This document shows positions 1 through 9,008 of a stretch of 18,452 bases of DNA, in pieces. Under the pieces are notes generated by a model. The model was given only the letters and a program-made list of their open reading frames with translations, searched no databases and was not told the DNA's origin. The stretch's first letter is position 1, and each line of letters starts with the position of its first letter. The stretch covers positions 1 through 18,452 of the forward strand of contig CBDDTI010000666.1 in NCBI GenBank assembly GCA_965233585.1. Direction: 5' to 3'. Both the position numbers and the translations under genes were made by a program. Origin of the DNA: a bacterium (GTDB taxonomy: Bacteria; SAR324; NAC60-12).

Positions 1-350
1 AAAACTTGCACAAAGAAAGCTTTTACACACAGCAAGTTCTTTCGCAGAGAAGCTTTTACCCACAGCAAGCTTTTTAAACAGAGAAGCTTTTACACACAGA
101 AGCTTTTACACACAACAAGCTTTTACACAGAGAAGCTTTTACACTTTACACACAGCAAGCTTTTACACACAGCAAGCGTTTACACACAGAACACTTTTAC
201 ATAGAGGGATTTTGCACATGGCAAGCGTTTACACACTCAGAAGCTTTTACACGCAGAGAAGCTTTTACACAGAGAAGCTTTTACACACAAAATCTTTTAC
301 ACACAGCAAGCTTTTTCAGAAACAAGTTTTTGCACAGAGAAGCTTTCTTG
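1..350. repeat. Tandem array of ~16-17 bp units (AG(C)AAGCTTTTACACAC), truncated by the window start
   Basis: More than ten degenerate copies of aagcttttacacaca/g between 15 and 350. Confidence 0.9.
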
Positions 351-659
351 TACATAATAACAATAGGAATTGCAGCTCCAAAACCGGTTGGATCTCGGCG
401 CCAAAGCAAAATTAAAGGACCGGATAACCCCACATGTCAACTTCTTCCAACAAGCAGCAAAAGAAAGGTAAAGATGGCATGGGGGAAGCAGGAAAGAGAA
501 AAGAGATGGTGAAGGATTGGGGTGGAGTAAGTTGTGTGTGGAAGAGTAAGTTGTGTGTGGTGTTAAGTTGTGTGTGAGGTGTGTGTGTGCGTGCAGGAGT
601 TGTGTCAGGGAAGGAAGGAAAAACAAAGGCGGTGGTGAAAAGGATCGAGAAGTAAAACA

Positions 660-1170
660 ATTGTGTGGATAAAGTTGTATCTACGTGACAAGTTGTGTGT
701 GTGGACAAGTTGTGTGTGGACAAGTTGTTAACAAGTTGTGTGATGACAAGTTGTGTGTGACCAGTTGTGTGTGGACCGAGTTGTAGCTGTGTGTGGACAA
801 GCTGTGTGTGGACAAGTTGTGTGTGGACAAGTTGTGTGTGAACAAGCTGTGTGTGGACAAGTGGTGTGTGGACAAGTTGTGTGTGTGTGTGAACAAGTTG
901 TGCGGTGGGAGGTTTGTGTGTGTGTGGACAAGTTGTATGTGGACAAGTTGTGTGTGGACAATTTGTGTGTGGACAAGTTGTGTGATGACAAGTTGATGAC
1001 AACTTGTGTGTGGACAAGTTGTGTGTTTCAGCAAGTTGTGTGATGGGAGGTTTGTGTGTGGACAAGTTGTGTGTGACAAGTTGTGTGTGTGGACAAGTTG
1101 TGTGATGACAAGTTGTGTGTTTGTGTGTGGACAAGTTTTGTGTGTGAGCAAGTTGTGTGATGGGAGGTTG
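660..1170. repeat. Minisatellite, ~15 bp unit TGTGTGGACAAGTTG (left block)
   Basis: Dozens of copies, with variants tgtgatgacaag, gtttcagcaag and gatgggaggtt. Confidence 0.95.
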
Positions 1171-1900
1171 CCGGGCCTGCCACGCAAAAGTGAAATTCGA
1201 TGCCACCGAGTGCCACGCATGCCACATGGAACCAAGGTGCATGTCGCCAAATGCCACGCCTGCCACGCCAACAGCCGCAGCGGCCCCGCGGCCCAGTCCG
1301 GCCCAAGCGCGCCATCGCAGCCAGCCCAGTGCCATACGTGCCACGCCTGCCACGCAAAAGTGGAAGTCGATGTCACCAAGTACCACGCCTGCCACGTGAA
1401 GCGAAGGTAGATGTCGATGTCACCGAGTGCCACGCCTGCCACATGGAACGAAGGTGCATGTCGCCAAATGCCACGCCTGCCACGCCAACAGCCGCAGCGG
1501 CCCCGCGTCCCAGTCCGGCCCAAGCGCGCCATCGCAGCCAGCCCAGTGCCATACGTGCCACGCCTGCCACGCAAAAGTGGAAGCCGATGTCACCAAGCAC
1601 CACGCCTGCCACATGAAGCGAAGGTAGATGTCGATGTCACCGACTGCCACGCCTGCCACGTGGAACCAAGGTGCATGTCGCCAAATGCCACGCCTGCCAC
1701 ACCAACAGCCGCAGCAGCCCCGCGTCCCAGTCCGGCCCAAGCGCGCCATCGCAGCCAGCCCAGTGCCATACGTGCCACGCCTGCCACGCAAAAGTGGAAG
1801 TCGATGTCACCAAGCACCACACCTGCCACATGAAGCGAAGGTAGATGTCGATGTCACCGACTGCCACGCCTGCCACGCAAAAGTGGAAGTCGATGTCACC
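1171..1900. repeat. GC-rich tandem repeat, 217 bp period, ~3.3 copies, built from ~40-45 bp subunits anchored on TGCCACGCCTGCCAC
   Basis: Near-identical ORFs are offset by 217 (1411 vs 1628; 1373 vs 1590), and the anchor motif recurs several times per unit. Confidence 0.95.
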
Positions 1901-2693
1901 AAGTTGTGTGTGGACAGGTTGTGTGCGGACAAGTTGTGTGATGACAAGATGTGTGTGGACAAGTTGTGTGTGGACAAGTTGTGTGTGGACAAGTTGTTAA
2001 CAAGTTGTGTGATGACAAGTTGTGTGTGACCAGTTGTGTGTGGACCGAGTTGTAGCTGTGTGTGGACTAGCTGTGTGTGGACAAGTTGTGTGTGGACAAG
2101 TTGTGTGTGAACAAGTTGTGTGATGACAAGGTGTGTGTAGACAAGTTGTGTGTGTGTGAACAAGTTGTGTGATGGGAGGTTTGTGTGTGGACAAGTTGTA
2201 TGTGGACAAGTTGTGTGTGTGTGGACAGCTGTGTGTGGACAAGTTGTGTGATGACAAGTTGGTGACAAGTTGTGTGTGGACAAATTGTGTGTGAACAAGT
2301 TGTGTGATGACAAGTTGTATGTGGACAATTTGTGTGTGGACAAGTTGTATGTGGACAAGTTGTGTGTGTGTGTGGACAGCTGTGTGTGGACAAGTTGTGT
2401 GTTTCAGCAAGTTGTGTGATGGAAGGTTTGTGTGTGGACAAGTTGTGTGTGGACAAGTTGTGTGTGGACAAGGTGTGTGTGTGAACAAGTTGTGTGATGA
2501 CAAGTTGTATGTGGACAATTTGTGTGTGGACAAGTTGTTAACAAGTTGTGTGTTTCAGCAAGTTGTGTGATGGGAGGTTTGTGTGTGGACAAGTTGTATG
2601 TGGACAAGTTGTGTGTGGACAAGGTGTGTGTGGACAAGTTGTGTGATGACAAGTTGTGTGTGGACAAGTTGTGTGTGTGTGTGATGGGAGGTT
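1901..2693. repeat. Minisatellite, ~15 bp unit TGTGTGGACAAGTTG (right block)
   Basis: Same unit and variants as 660-1170. Confidence 0.95.
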
Positions 2694-2764
2694 GGCGGCG
2701 GGAGGCGGCGGAGGCGGCGGGATACAGAACCAAAAACAAGAACCCCACACAAAGATGCAGGGAA

Positions 2765-3280
2765 AAAACACGATTTTGAAGCGGTTTTTAAAAGGGCTTT
2801 TAAAAGGAAAATTACCAGCGCCAAAATTGAGAAAATCCGCTGACAAATCACTGTCGCAGCCTTGATGCAGCCACTCCAATACTATTTACGGTGTCCAGCT
2901 GCAAAAGACAATAGTATTACGCATGCAGCCGCGGCATCAAGCAACTTTGACGCAGCCACTACAATGCGATCTGAAGAGACTGAGTTGCAAAACACAAGAG
3001 AACTACGCGCAACGGCGTCGGAAATTGCAGCTCCAAAACCGGATCTCGACGCCAACAAGAAAAAAAGAACGATTTTGAAGCACTTTGTAAAAAGAATTCA
3101 AAAGGAAAAATACTAGTGCCAAAATTGAGAAAATCTGCTGACAAATCAGTATCGGCTGCCTTGATGCAGCCGCTCCACTACGATTTACGATGCCCAGCTG
3201 CAAAAGAGAACAGTATTACGCATGCAGCCGCGGCGCCAAGCAACCTTGACGCAGCCATTACAATGCGTTTCGCAGCATCA
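2765..3280. repeat. Tandem duplication, ~298 bp period (~1.7 copies)
   Basis: acgattttgaagc at 2770 and 3069; ccaaaattgagaaaatc at 2821 and 3119; agtattacgcatgcagccgcggc in both copies. A further partial motif (gcagccatcacaatgcgtttcgcagcat) lies near 3566. Confidence 0.9.
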
Positions 3281-3710
3281 CGTCGCAAACCTGCACGTAT
3301 CTACGCACATAGCAACAGAGCATGACAACAATCATGGCGCCATTCCAATGCGATCTCCATCCGCAGATTCAAGAAACGCATAGAACTACGCACACAGGAA
3401 CAACCACTCGTTGCAGAACACAGAGGAGGAACCAAAACGACCCCAGCCGCACCCGCCGCACACACGAGGTACCTTTCATCGCCGGCCGCAGCCACTTTTC
3501 ACGGAAAAACACAAGCTTTCGTGCTCCGGCTTCCTCCCCAAAACAAAGCCCATGCAACATCCATGCAGCCATCACAATGCGTTTCGCAGCATTCCCTTCA
3601 TTACCATGCGCCTTACTGACCACGTCCCTTTGTCACCACTTCCCAAAGTCACCACTTCCCTTCGTCACCACCCTGTGTCATAACCTATTATTTTTTTGTG
3701 ATGTATTATT

Positions 3711-3802
3711 ATGTGATGTCAAGTCTCACACCGCCCTTCAGCAATGTCAAGTCTCACAATGTGATGTCAAGTCTCACACCGTCCTTCATCAATGTCAAGT
3801 CT
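3711..3802. repeat. Short tandem repeat of ATGTCAAGTCTCACA
   Basis: Four copies of atgtcaagtct within ~90 bp. Confidence 0.8.
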
Positions 3803-4337
3803 TGTCCGTAACACGGAAGTATTGCTTCCCAAGTTCCGTTGATGATAAACCATGCATTTATACTTGCATAAGTTGAAACATAAATATTTCAGGTGTCATG
3901 TTGGGTCATTTTGGGCATTGGCACATAGAATTCTGCTTCGAGCCCGGGCAACTTATAATCGTGCTGGCAAAGGTTGCTACGCAACATGCACAGTTTTGCG
4001 TGGCTAGCACGAAGGTAGAAATGCTGCGCAGAAGTCGCGGCAGAAAATGCATGCCTGCAGGCTTATGGCACAAGCAAGCAAAAGAATAGGTGCGAGGGTC
4101 AGCAGCCGCATTCGTTAACACTGTCCCCAGCCAAGGCCGCGAAGGCAGAGCCTTGGGCAGCTTTTGTAGCCTGCTACACATGCTCTTACCGCATGTTCCT
4201 CATTCCACCTATTCGTGAGAGGTTTTTGCTCGACCTGCGCCTTTCCCGACATAGATACAATGCTTTTCCCGACCGCTCCTGCGAAGGGGCTTTCCACAAG
4301 AACTGCGGCCAATTTCAATTTGAATATTTTTTATTTC

Positions 4338-4540
4338 GTCTACAGCCCCTACACCACCCCCATCACTTTCATCACCTACATCCCTTGCATCATCTACAAC
4401 ATCCATATCTTATCACCTACAGCATCCACATCATCTATATACATCATTTACAACATCCACATCCCCTACATTATCTCCTAGCTGTACAACATTAACATCG
4501 GTTACATCATCTACATCAACCACACCAACTACATCTACAG
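4338..4540. repeat. Degenerate 9 bp microsatellite (CATCTACAT/CACCTACAT-like)
   Basis: Repeated catctaca/cacctaca/catccaca. The His-rich ORF 4193-4495 is a by-product. Confidence 0.8.
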
Positions 4541-4849
4541 GTGATCAACTTCTGTGACCTCCTACAAAACATAACCTACAACGTCATTTGCACAGGAACT
4601 CGCTCATAGGTGATCAAACTCTTTGAGATCTCTCAGAACTCCTATAAAGCGGCCATAGTCTCTATCTTTTTTTGTCCCTCATGGCGGCGGGCAGCCAGGC
4701 CATATCTATCGAAAGGCAACCCTCTGCGGAGATGATGACCAGGCATGCGGTAAAGCGCGAAGTTGTCTGGGTCGCGCGCAACCCTCTGCAGAGCGTGGCA
4801 CCTTGCAACTCCAATGCGCAATTCTATATTCACATATTGAGATATGAGC

Positions 4850-5030
4850 GATGAAAGGATGATAATATTGATGCTGCGGAAGATGAGGCGGAGGCTATTG
4901 ATGTTCAGGATGGTGAGGTCAAGGGGGAGGAAGATAAGGATATTGAAATAATGATTTTAAGGCGGAGGAATACAAAGGAAAATAATTAGTGATGAGGATG
5001 ATGCTAATGAGGAGGAGGGTTGATCCGAAG
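4850..5030. repeat. Purine-rich degenerate GAT/GAG low-complexity repeat
   Basis: gatgaggcggagg, gggggaggaagataaggat and gatgaggatgatgctaatgaggaggagg. Confidence 0.55.
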
Positions 5031-5463
5031 ATTGAAATTGATCTTTTTATGGACTTATGGTATCAAAAAATATTCGGATAGTGTTTGATAGAATTTAAAC
5101 GATAAATAATAAATAATTTTTAATTCAAGAATATAATTTAGATTTTATTTGCATTTGACGAATCGAGATAGATTTGAATTTATATATGAAATTTTCTAAT
5201 TAAGATATGTATAGGAAAAATATATTGGATTAAAATTAATATATATATATAATATATTGAATGGATTTGACGGCTTAATTGAAATATATTAATTTATAGT
5301 TTATATATTTTATTGTGTATTTTTTAAATATATTTAAACAATTTGAAATATATTTTAATATATTAAGTAGAAATTAATAAAATTATTTATGATAATTAAG
5401 AATATAATAGAAAATAACTATATTTATTTTTATATTATAAATAAATAAGATTTATGTTATTAT

Positions 5464-5648
5464 TTTAAATACTTAGAAATATGTTTGGTACATAGTATAT
5501 ATTTGCACCTTGTTTTCTAATTTAGTTTGAGTAGTATTTTTAATTTGCTGTAATTTTCTAGTGACTCCGGCTATACGCGCGGTTAAAAGCGAAGTTGTAA
5601 TGCACTGATTCTTGGAGGTGCAGAATTTGAAGGTGAAATTCGATGGGT
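5464..5648 (+). repeat. 5' LTR (eroded)
   Basis: Aligns to 13528-13745 at ~76% identity by hand with one ~33 bp indel. Shared blocks include ggtacatag, gtgactcc.gc.atacgcgcgg..aaaagcgaag and tgattcttggaggtgcagaa.ttgaag. Confidence 0.85.
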
Positions 5649-5659
5649 AAATTTTCTAG

Positions 5660-7700
5660 ATGAGCCTAATGCTCTGAGGAAGGCCAACGCTTTGAGAAAG
5701 CCCAGCACAACCAACGCTCTTAGGAAGCTCAACGGTGGTTTGAAACGTTGAAAAGTAGCCCTTTGGCATATTCACTAAAAGAAGGGTCACAGAAGCCGAA
5801 TTTCGACAAAATAAAAAACGAAATGAAGGAGGCGTAACAATGCTTAGAAGTTGAGCTTGCAAGTGGAATTGAGCCGCAGTTAAAAGATGGGAAAAAACCT
5901 GAGGCAGTAGAAGTCTATGAGTTACTTAGGGCTCCAAAAAGGGATGAACCGCTGGGAATTGAGGATGGGCCAAAAAATCCTGTTCCTGACCCGTCAGATC
6001 AGGGATTAGCTGCAAGGTCTTCAGACAAGCATACAAGGTCACCCGTCCGTCCTAAGTCGGAACCGAAAACACCAAGGAAAATTGAGGAAATACCATCAAA
6101 GCATTCTGAGGGAAATCTGCCAATGCAAACTCCTCAGATTGCTGGTGAATTTTCGAAATCGCTAGTGGTTGCTGTAACTGACGCTTCGGCCGTGAAGTCG
6201 GAAGCGAATATGCAGGGTGCTTTAAATGGATCTCAAAGTGCAGGAAACGTTTTTAAACGAACGCAACACGTTAATCAGACCGTGATTTCATCAATTCAAC
6301 CTTTGTTTGACGAGCAACAGCTGAGGCAGTTCTAGGAGATGTTCAATCAAGCTCCTTGACTGTATCCTGGTGCACAACAATTGATGATGCCATAATTAAC
6401 TATGCCCCCTCCAATTGCCAGATCACTATTCTTGGGACAAGATGAATGTAGGGTTCAAGGGTTTTTGCAAGTTGGGGAAATACCACAATTCGTTTTTCCT
6501 TATGGACAAAGGGAAGTCCAAAATCCTAGACTTCAAGAAATCCCTTTTCAATCTAGACTTAATTTAGAAATACTGATGGAAAGAAAATAGGGAACTTCGA
6601 GAACGCACTGATTCTTGGAAATTGGCTGCTATTAGCAGAACCGATCATAGCAGATCTTTCATTGATCGCCGTTGGATGGTGGAAAGATGTGGTCTGCGCT
6701 GCCGACACATGTCTCTCAGTTCATTGGATCGTATTATACATCCTGCGGAAGCGCCTCCGGCGTTGTGTCTGGAAAAATGGCAACAAGTGGAACGTCGAGT
6801 AGCATCTATGATCCTGCAGTTATTTTCTTTAGAGGTGAGAGACGAATTGGTACCTTTAAAACGATTATTAATTTTTGGAATCTTGACCTATTTGCTAGTT
6901 ACATACAGTCTAGGTGGAGTATTTGAGAGGCAGAATTTGTTGTGCAACCTAGAAGATCCCCCGGAGATCCAGAATGTCTTGGACGGCCCAATTGCCTTGA
7001 GACGGTGGCTCCTGTGGAGGACAAGAACGAAAGAAATTGGTGTAATTGCCCCTGACACAGCACTACAATTGAAAGGGTTGCTGAAGATGACCAAAAAAAA
7101 CCTTGGAAAGCCATCGAGAGTTGCAATTCTGGGTATCTTTGATAAGATTAGGATTGCAAGTGGACATAACACCAAGTGAAATCAATGCGGAGCAGTTTGC
7201 ATGCCACTTGCCGGCCGAGTTGGAACAACTTACCCTTACAAAAAAACGTCTTGGAATTCGAAATGATCCACAAAAGCCGAAATTTCAAGAAGCCGAGAAG
7301 CCGAAGATTTCTAAATTGATGAAATTAGAAGAAGAAGAAAAAGAAGAAGAAATAAAATCCCCTCCGAGAAAAAAGGAATTTAGGGAAGAGAAATCCAAAT
7401 GCAAGTTCTATTTGAGCGAATAAGGTTGCCGACGTGGAAAGCCTGCAACTGGTCGCGTGATCAAAAGTATGAATGCCGATGGTGTTGGAAGTGCGGAAGC
7501 CTTGAGCACATGGCTCCAGCTTGCACTCGTCTAAAAGAACGAGGTGATGCATCTCCAACGAATCCCGAAATTCGGAAGATTGAGCGGGAGGATTTATTAT
7601 TTACAAGCTCAAAGATAGAAGAAAACGAAGGTCAATCGAAGGCCCGTCTATGAAAGAATTGTTGGAGAAAACCAACACGTTGCTGAAATCTTTGACTACG
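5660..7700 (+). pseudogene. gag: gag-like region of the Copia polyprotein with CCCH zinc finger and CCHC zinc knuckle
   Basis: Helical gag-like fragment 6622-7179 (KWQQVERRVASMIL...ALRRWLLWRTR). CKFYLSE*GCRRGK/ACNWSR fits C-x8-C-x5-C-x3-H with H>R, a stop and a frameshift (~7400-7458). CWKCGSLEHMAPAC is a C-x2-C-x4-H-x4-C knuckle (~7483-7524). The start boundary is approximate. Confidence 0.75.
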
Positions 7701-7789
7701 ACCGCCGTATCCTCAAAGGCGACTGGGAGCACCACTGACTCCAGAAAACGTAGTGGAACGACTCCAGGGCCAATTGGATCAGCTGAAAT

Positions 7790-8110
7790 TCAAAATCTTT
7801 AAGATCAACCAAATTACCCATGTGAGTCTTCAGGGACTTGTAGGCTCTGGTGTAACATGCCCTCTACGACCCCGACGTCTTGGAAAAGGTAATGAAACCT
7901 ATAAGCGTGGTTCTATTATGCTAGCCAATTAAGAGACGATTTCATTGCAAGTGACCCCTGGCGGCATTATGGTGATTGAAAGAGCCGATGTCGAATCAAT
8001 ACTCCCTATGCGAAATTTGCTGGAAGAATGGTAATTTGAAAATCCTTTGTTTACACCGATGTCTATTACCAGTGCAAAACCATAAAGGATGTCTTTAATT
8101 ACCACGAGCT
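7790..8110 (+). pseudogene. Retropepsin-type aspartic protease remnant
   Basis: 7831-7869 translates QGLVGSGVTCPLR, matching the Copia LxDSGATH motif with D>G. It sits right after the zinc knuckle, as expected. Confidence 0.7.
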
Positions 8111-8326
8111 CGATCCTTGGACTTGAGCGAGGAAATGGAGGTGGTGGGAAGTCAAAGAATTATGAGAAGTGTGACGTTTGAGAAAGAGCAGAAGTGGATG
8201 GAGGAGTTGATCCAAAGCCACCCTGTTCCCCGTGAATTTCCACAACGAATTAAAGACCTACTTTTGGTCGATGTGGGCGATCGGAAAAATTTGCCACTCA
8301 ATCGACGCCAAAGAAAACGTCTTTAG

Positions 8327-9008
8327 CGTGATGGCTGCTTGGTATATCTATATGCTGGAGAAGATGATGGGTTTATCTTGTTAAGAGCTTTGAAGTAGCA
8401 AGGGGGAGATACCAATCACTTTTTCGAGATTGGCTTGAAACGTGGTAAGTCCTACAATATGCTAAACGATGTTGGAACATATTTTGGTCTCCTTTGCGCT
8501 GTTATGCATGGCAAGGTGGATGCCTTCATTGCCGGACCCAATTGCAGGACGAGATCGGTCCTCCGGCATTATCCAAAAGAAAATGCTCCGCGACCAATCC
8601 GAGCGTGGCATGGAGCTGAACATGGTCTTTCTGACCTAACACCTGTGGAACAACGATAATTGGATGAAGATCATGTCTTGATATGGCAATTCATCTTTCT
8701 ATAGATGGTTGCAACATATCTACGACAAGCACGAGAAATTCAAAAGCCTGTGAGGTTCCTGCTGGAACAATCTGCGTCGACTCGGCACTATGTGCCGGAA
8801 TATATATCCTTTTGGGATAAAAAGATGGAAGAAACTTAAGGAGGAGTTCAATTTTGAAGAAACTACCTTCTTACAAGATTGATACGGAGGTACTGTAACA
8901 AAGCCAACGACTATGGCTGACAACTTGATCCTCAACGTCGAAAGCCATCGAATACCTCGATGCAATGTCAATGAGATCAAATCATTATTTGAACTCTCAA
9001 AATGGGTA
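8327..9008 (+). pseudogene. C5 DNA cytosine-methyltransferase-like domain within the polyprotein (disrupted)
   Basis: Read-through translation gives ordered motifs: VYLYAG (motif I-like, 8342-8359), FEIGL (II-like, E at 8426), AFIAGPNCRTRS (IV, catalytic Cys, GPNC 8534-8545), FLLEQ (VI-like, LLEQ 8759-8770), and Q..YGG..TKPTT (VIII region, KPTT 8901-8912). It has four internal stops and one frameshift. Confidence 0.7.

Larger units (their letters stand above)
412..2764. mobile_element. Nested non-autonomous element filled with tandem arrays (HINE/DINE-1-like architecture, family unassigned)
   Basis: It is inserted in an A-run of the host repeat with no distinct TSD. It has unique ends: ttaaaggaccggataaccccacatg on the left and aaccccacacaaagatgcagggaa on the right. 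AACCCCACA occurs at both 426-434 and 2741-2749. The interior is made of arrays. Confidence 0.7.
1..3846. mobile_element. Host non-autonomous repeat element (1-411 plus ~2765-3846), interrupted by a nested insertion
   Basis: 367-411 (gaattgcagctccaaaaccgg..gatctcggcgccaaagcaaaa) matches the unit junction at 3021-3060 (gaaattgcagctccaaaaccggatctcgacgccaacaaga). There it runs straight into aaa..acgattttgaagc, the sequence that resumes at 2765. The right end carries overlapping short palindromes at 3805-3839. Confidence 0.65.

Noticed and set aside
1171..1900. CRISPR-like alternation of a conserved TGCCACGCCTGCCAC motif with spacers
   Set aside because: The spacers themselves repeat with a 217 bp period, there are no cas genes, and the context is eukaryotic.
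412..2879. Many long His/Thr/Cys- or Val/Cys-rich ORFs on both strands
   Set aside because: They are translations of 15 bp and 217 bp tandem repeats open in several frames, with no domain content.
3880..4330. Possible host exons in the non-repetitive stretch
   Set aside because: Only short ORFs with no recognisable family. Small dinoflagellate exons cannot be excluded but cannot be supported from sequence alone.
5649..5675. Primer-binding site after the 5' LTR and target-site duplication around the element
   Set aside because: gatgagcc only loosely resembles a Copia-type PBS. There is no terminal CA and no matching 5 bp flanks, so it is too eroded to call.
6605..6619. Exact 15-mer gcactgattcttgga shared with the 5' LTR (5602-5616)
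   Set aside because: It reads as part of the gag frame (ALILGNWL) and homology does not extend, so it is probably chance.
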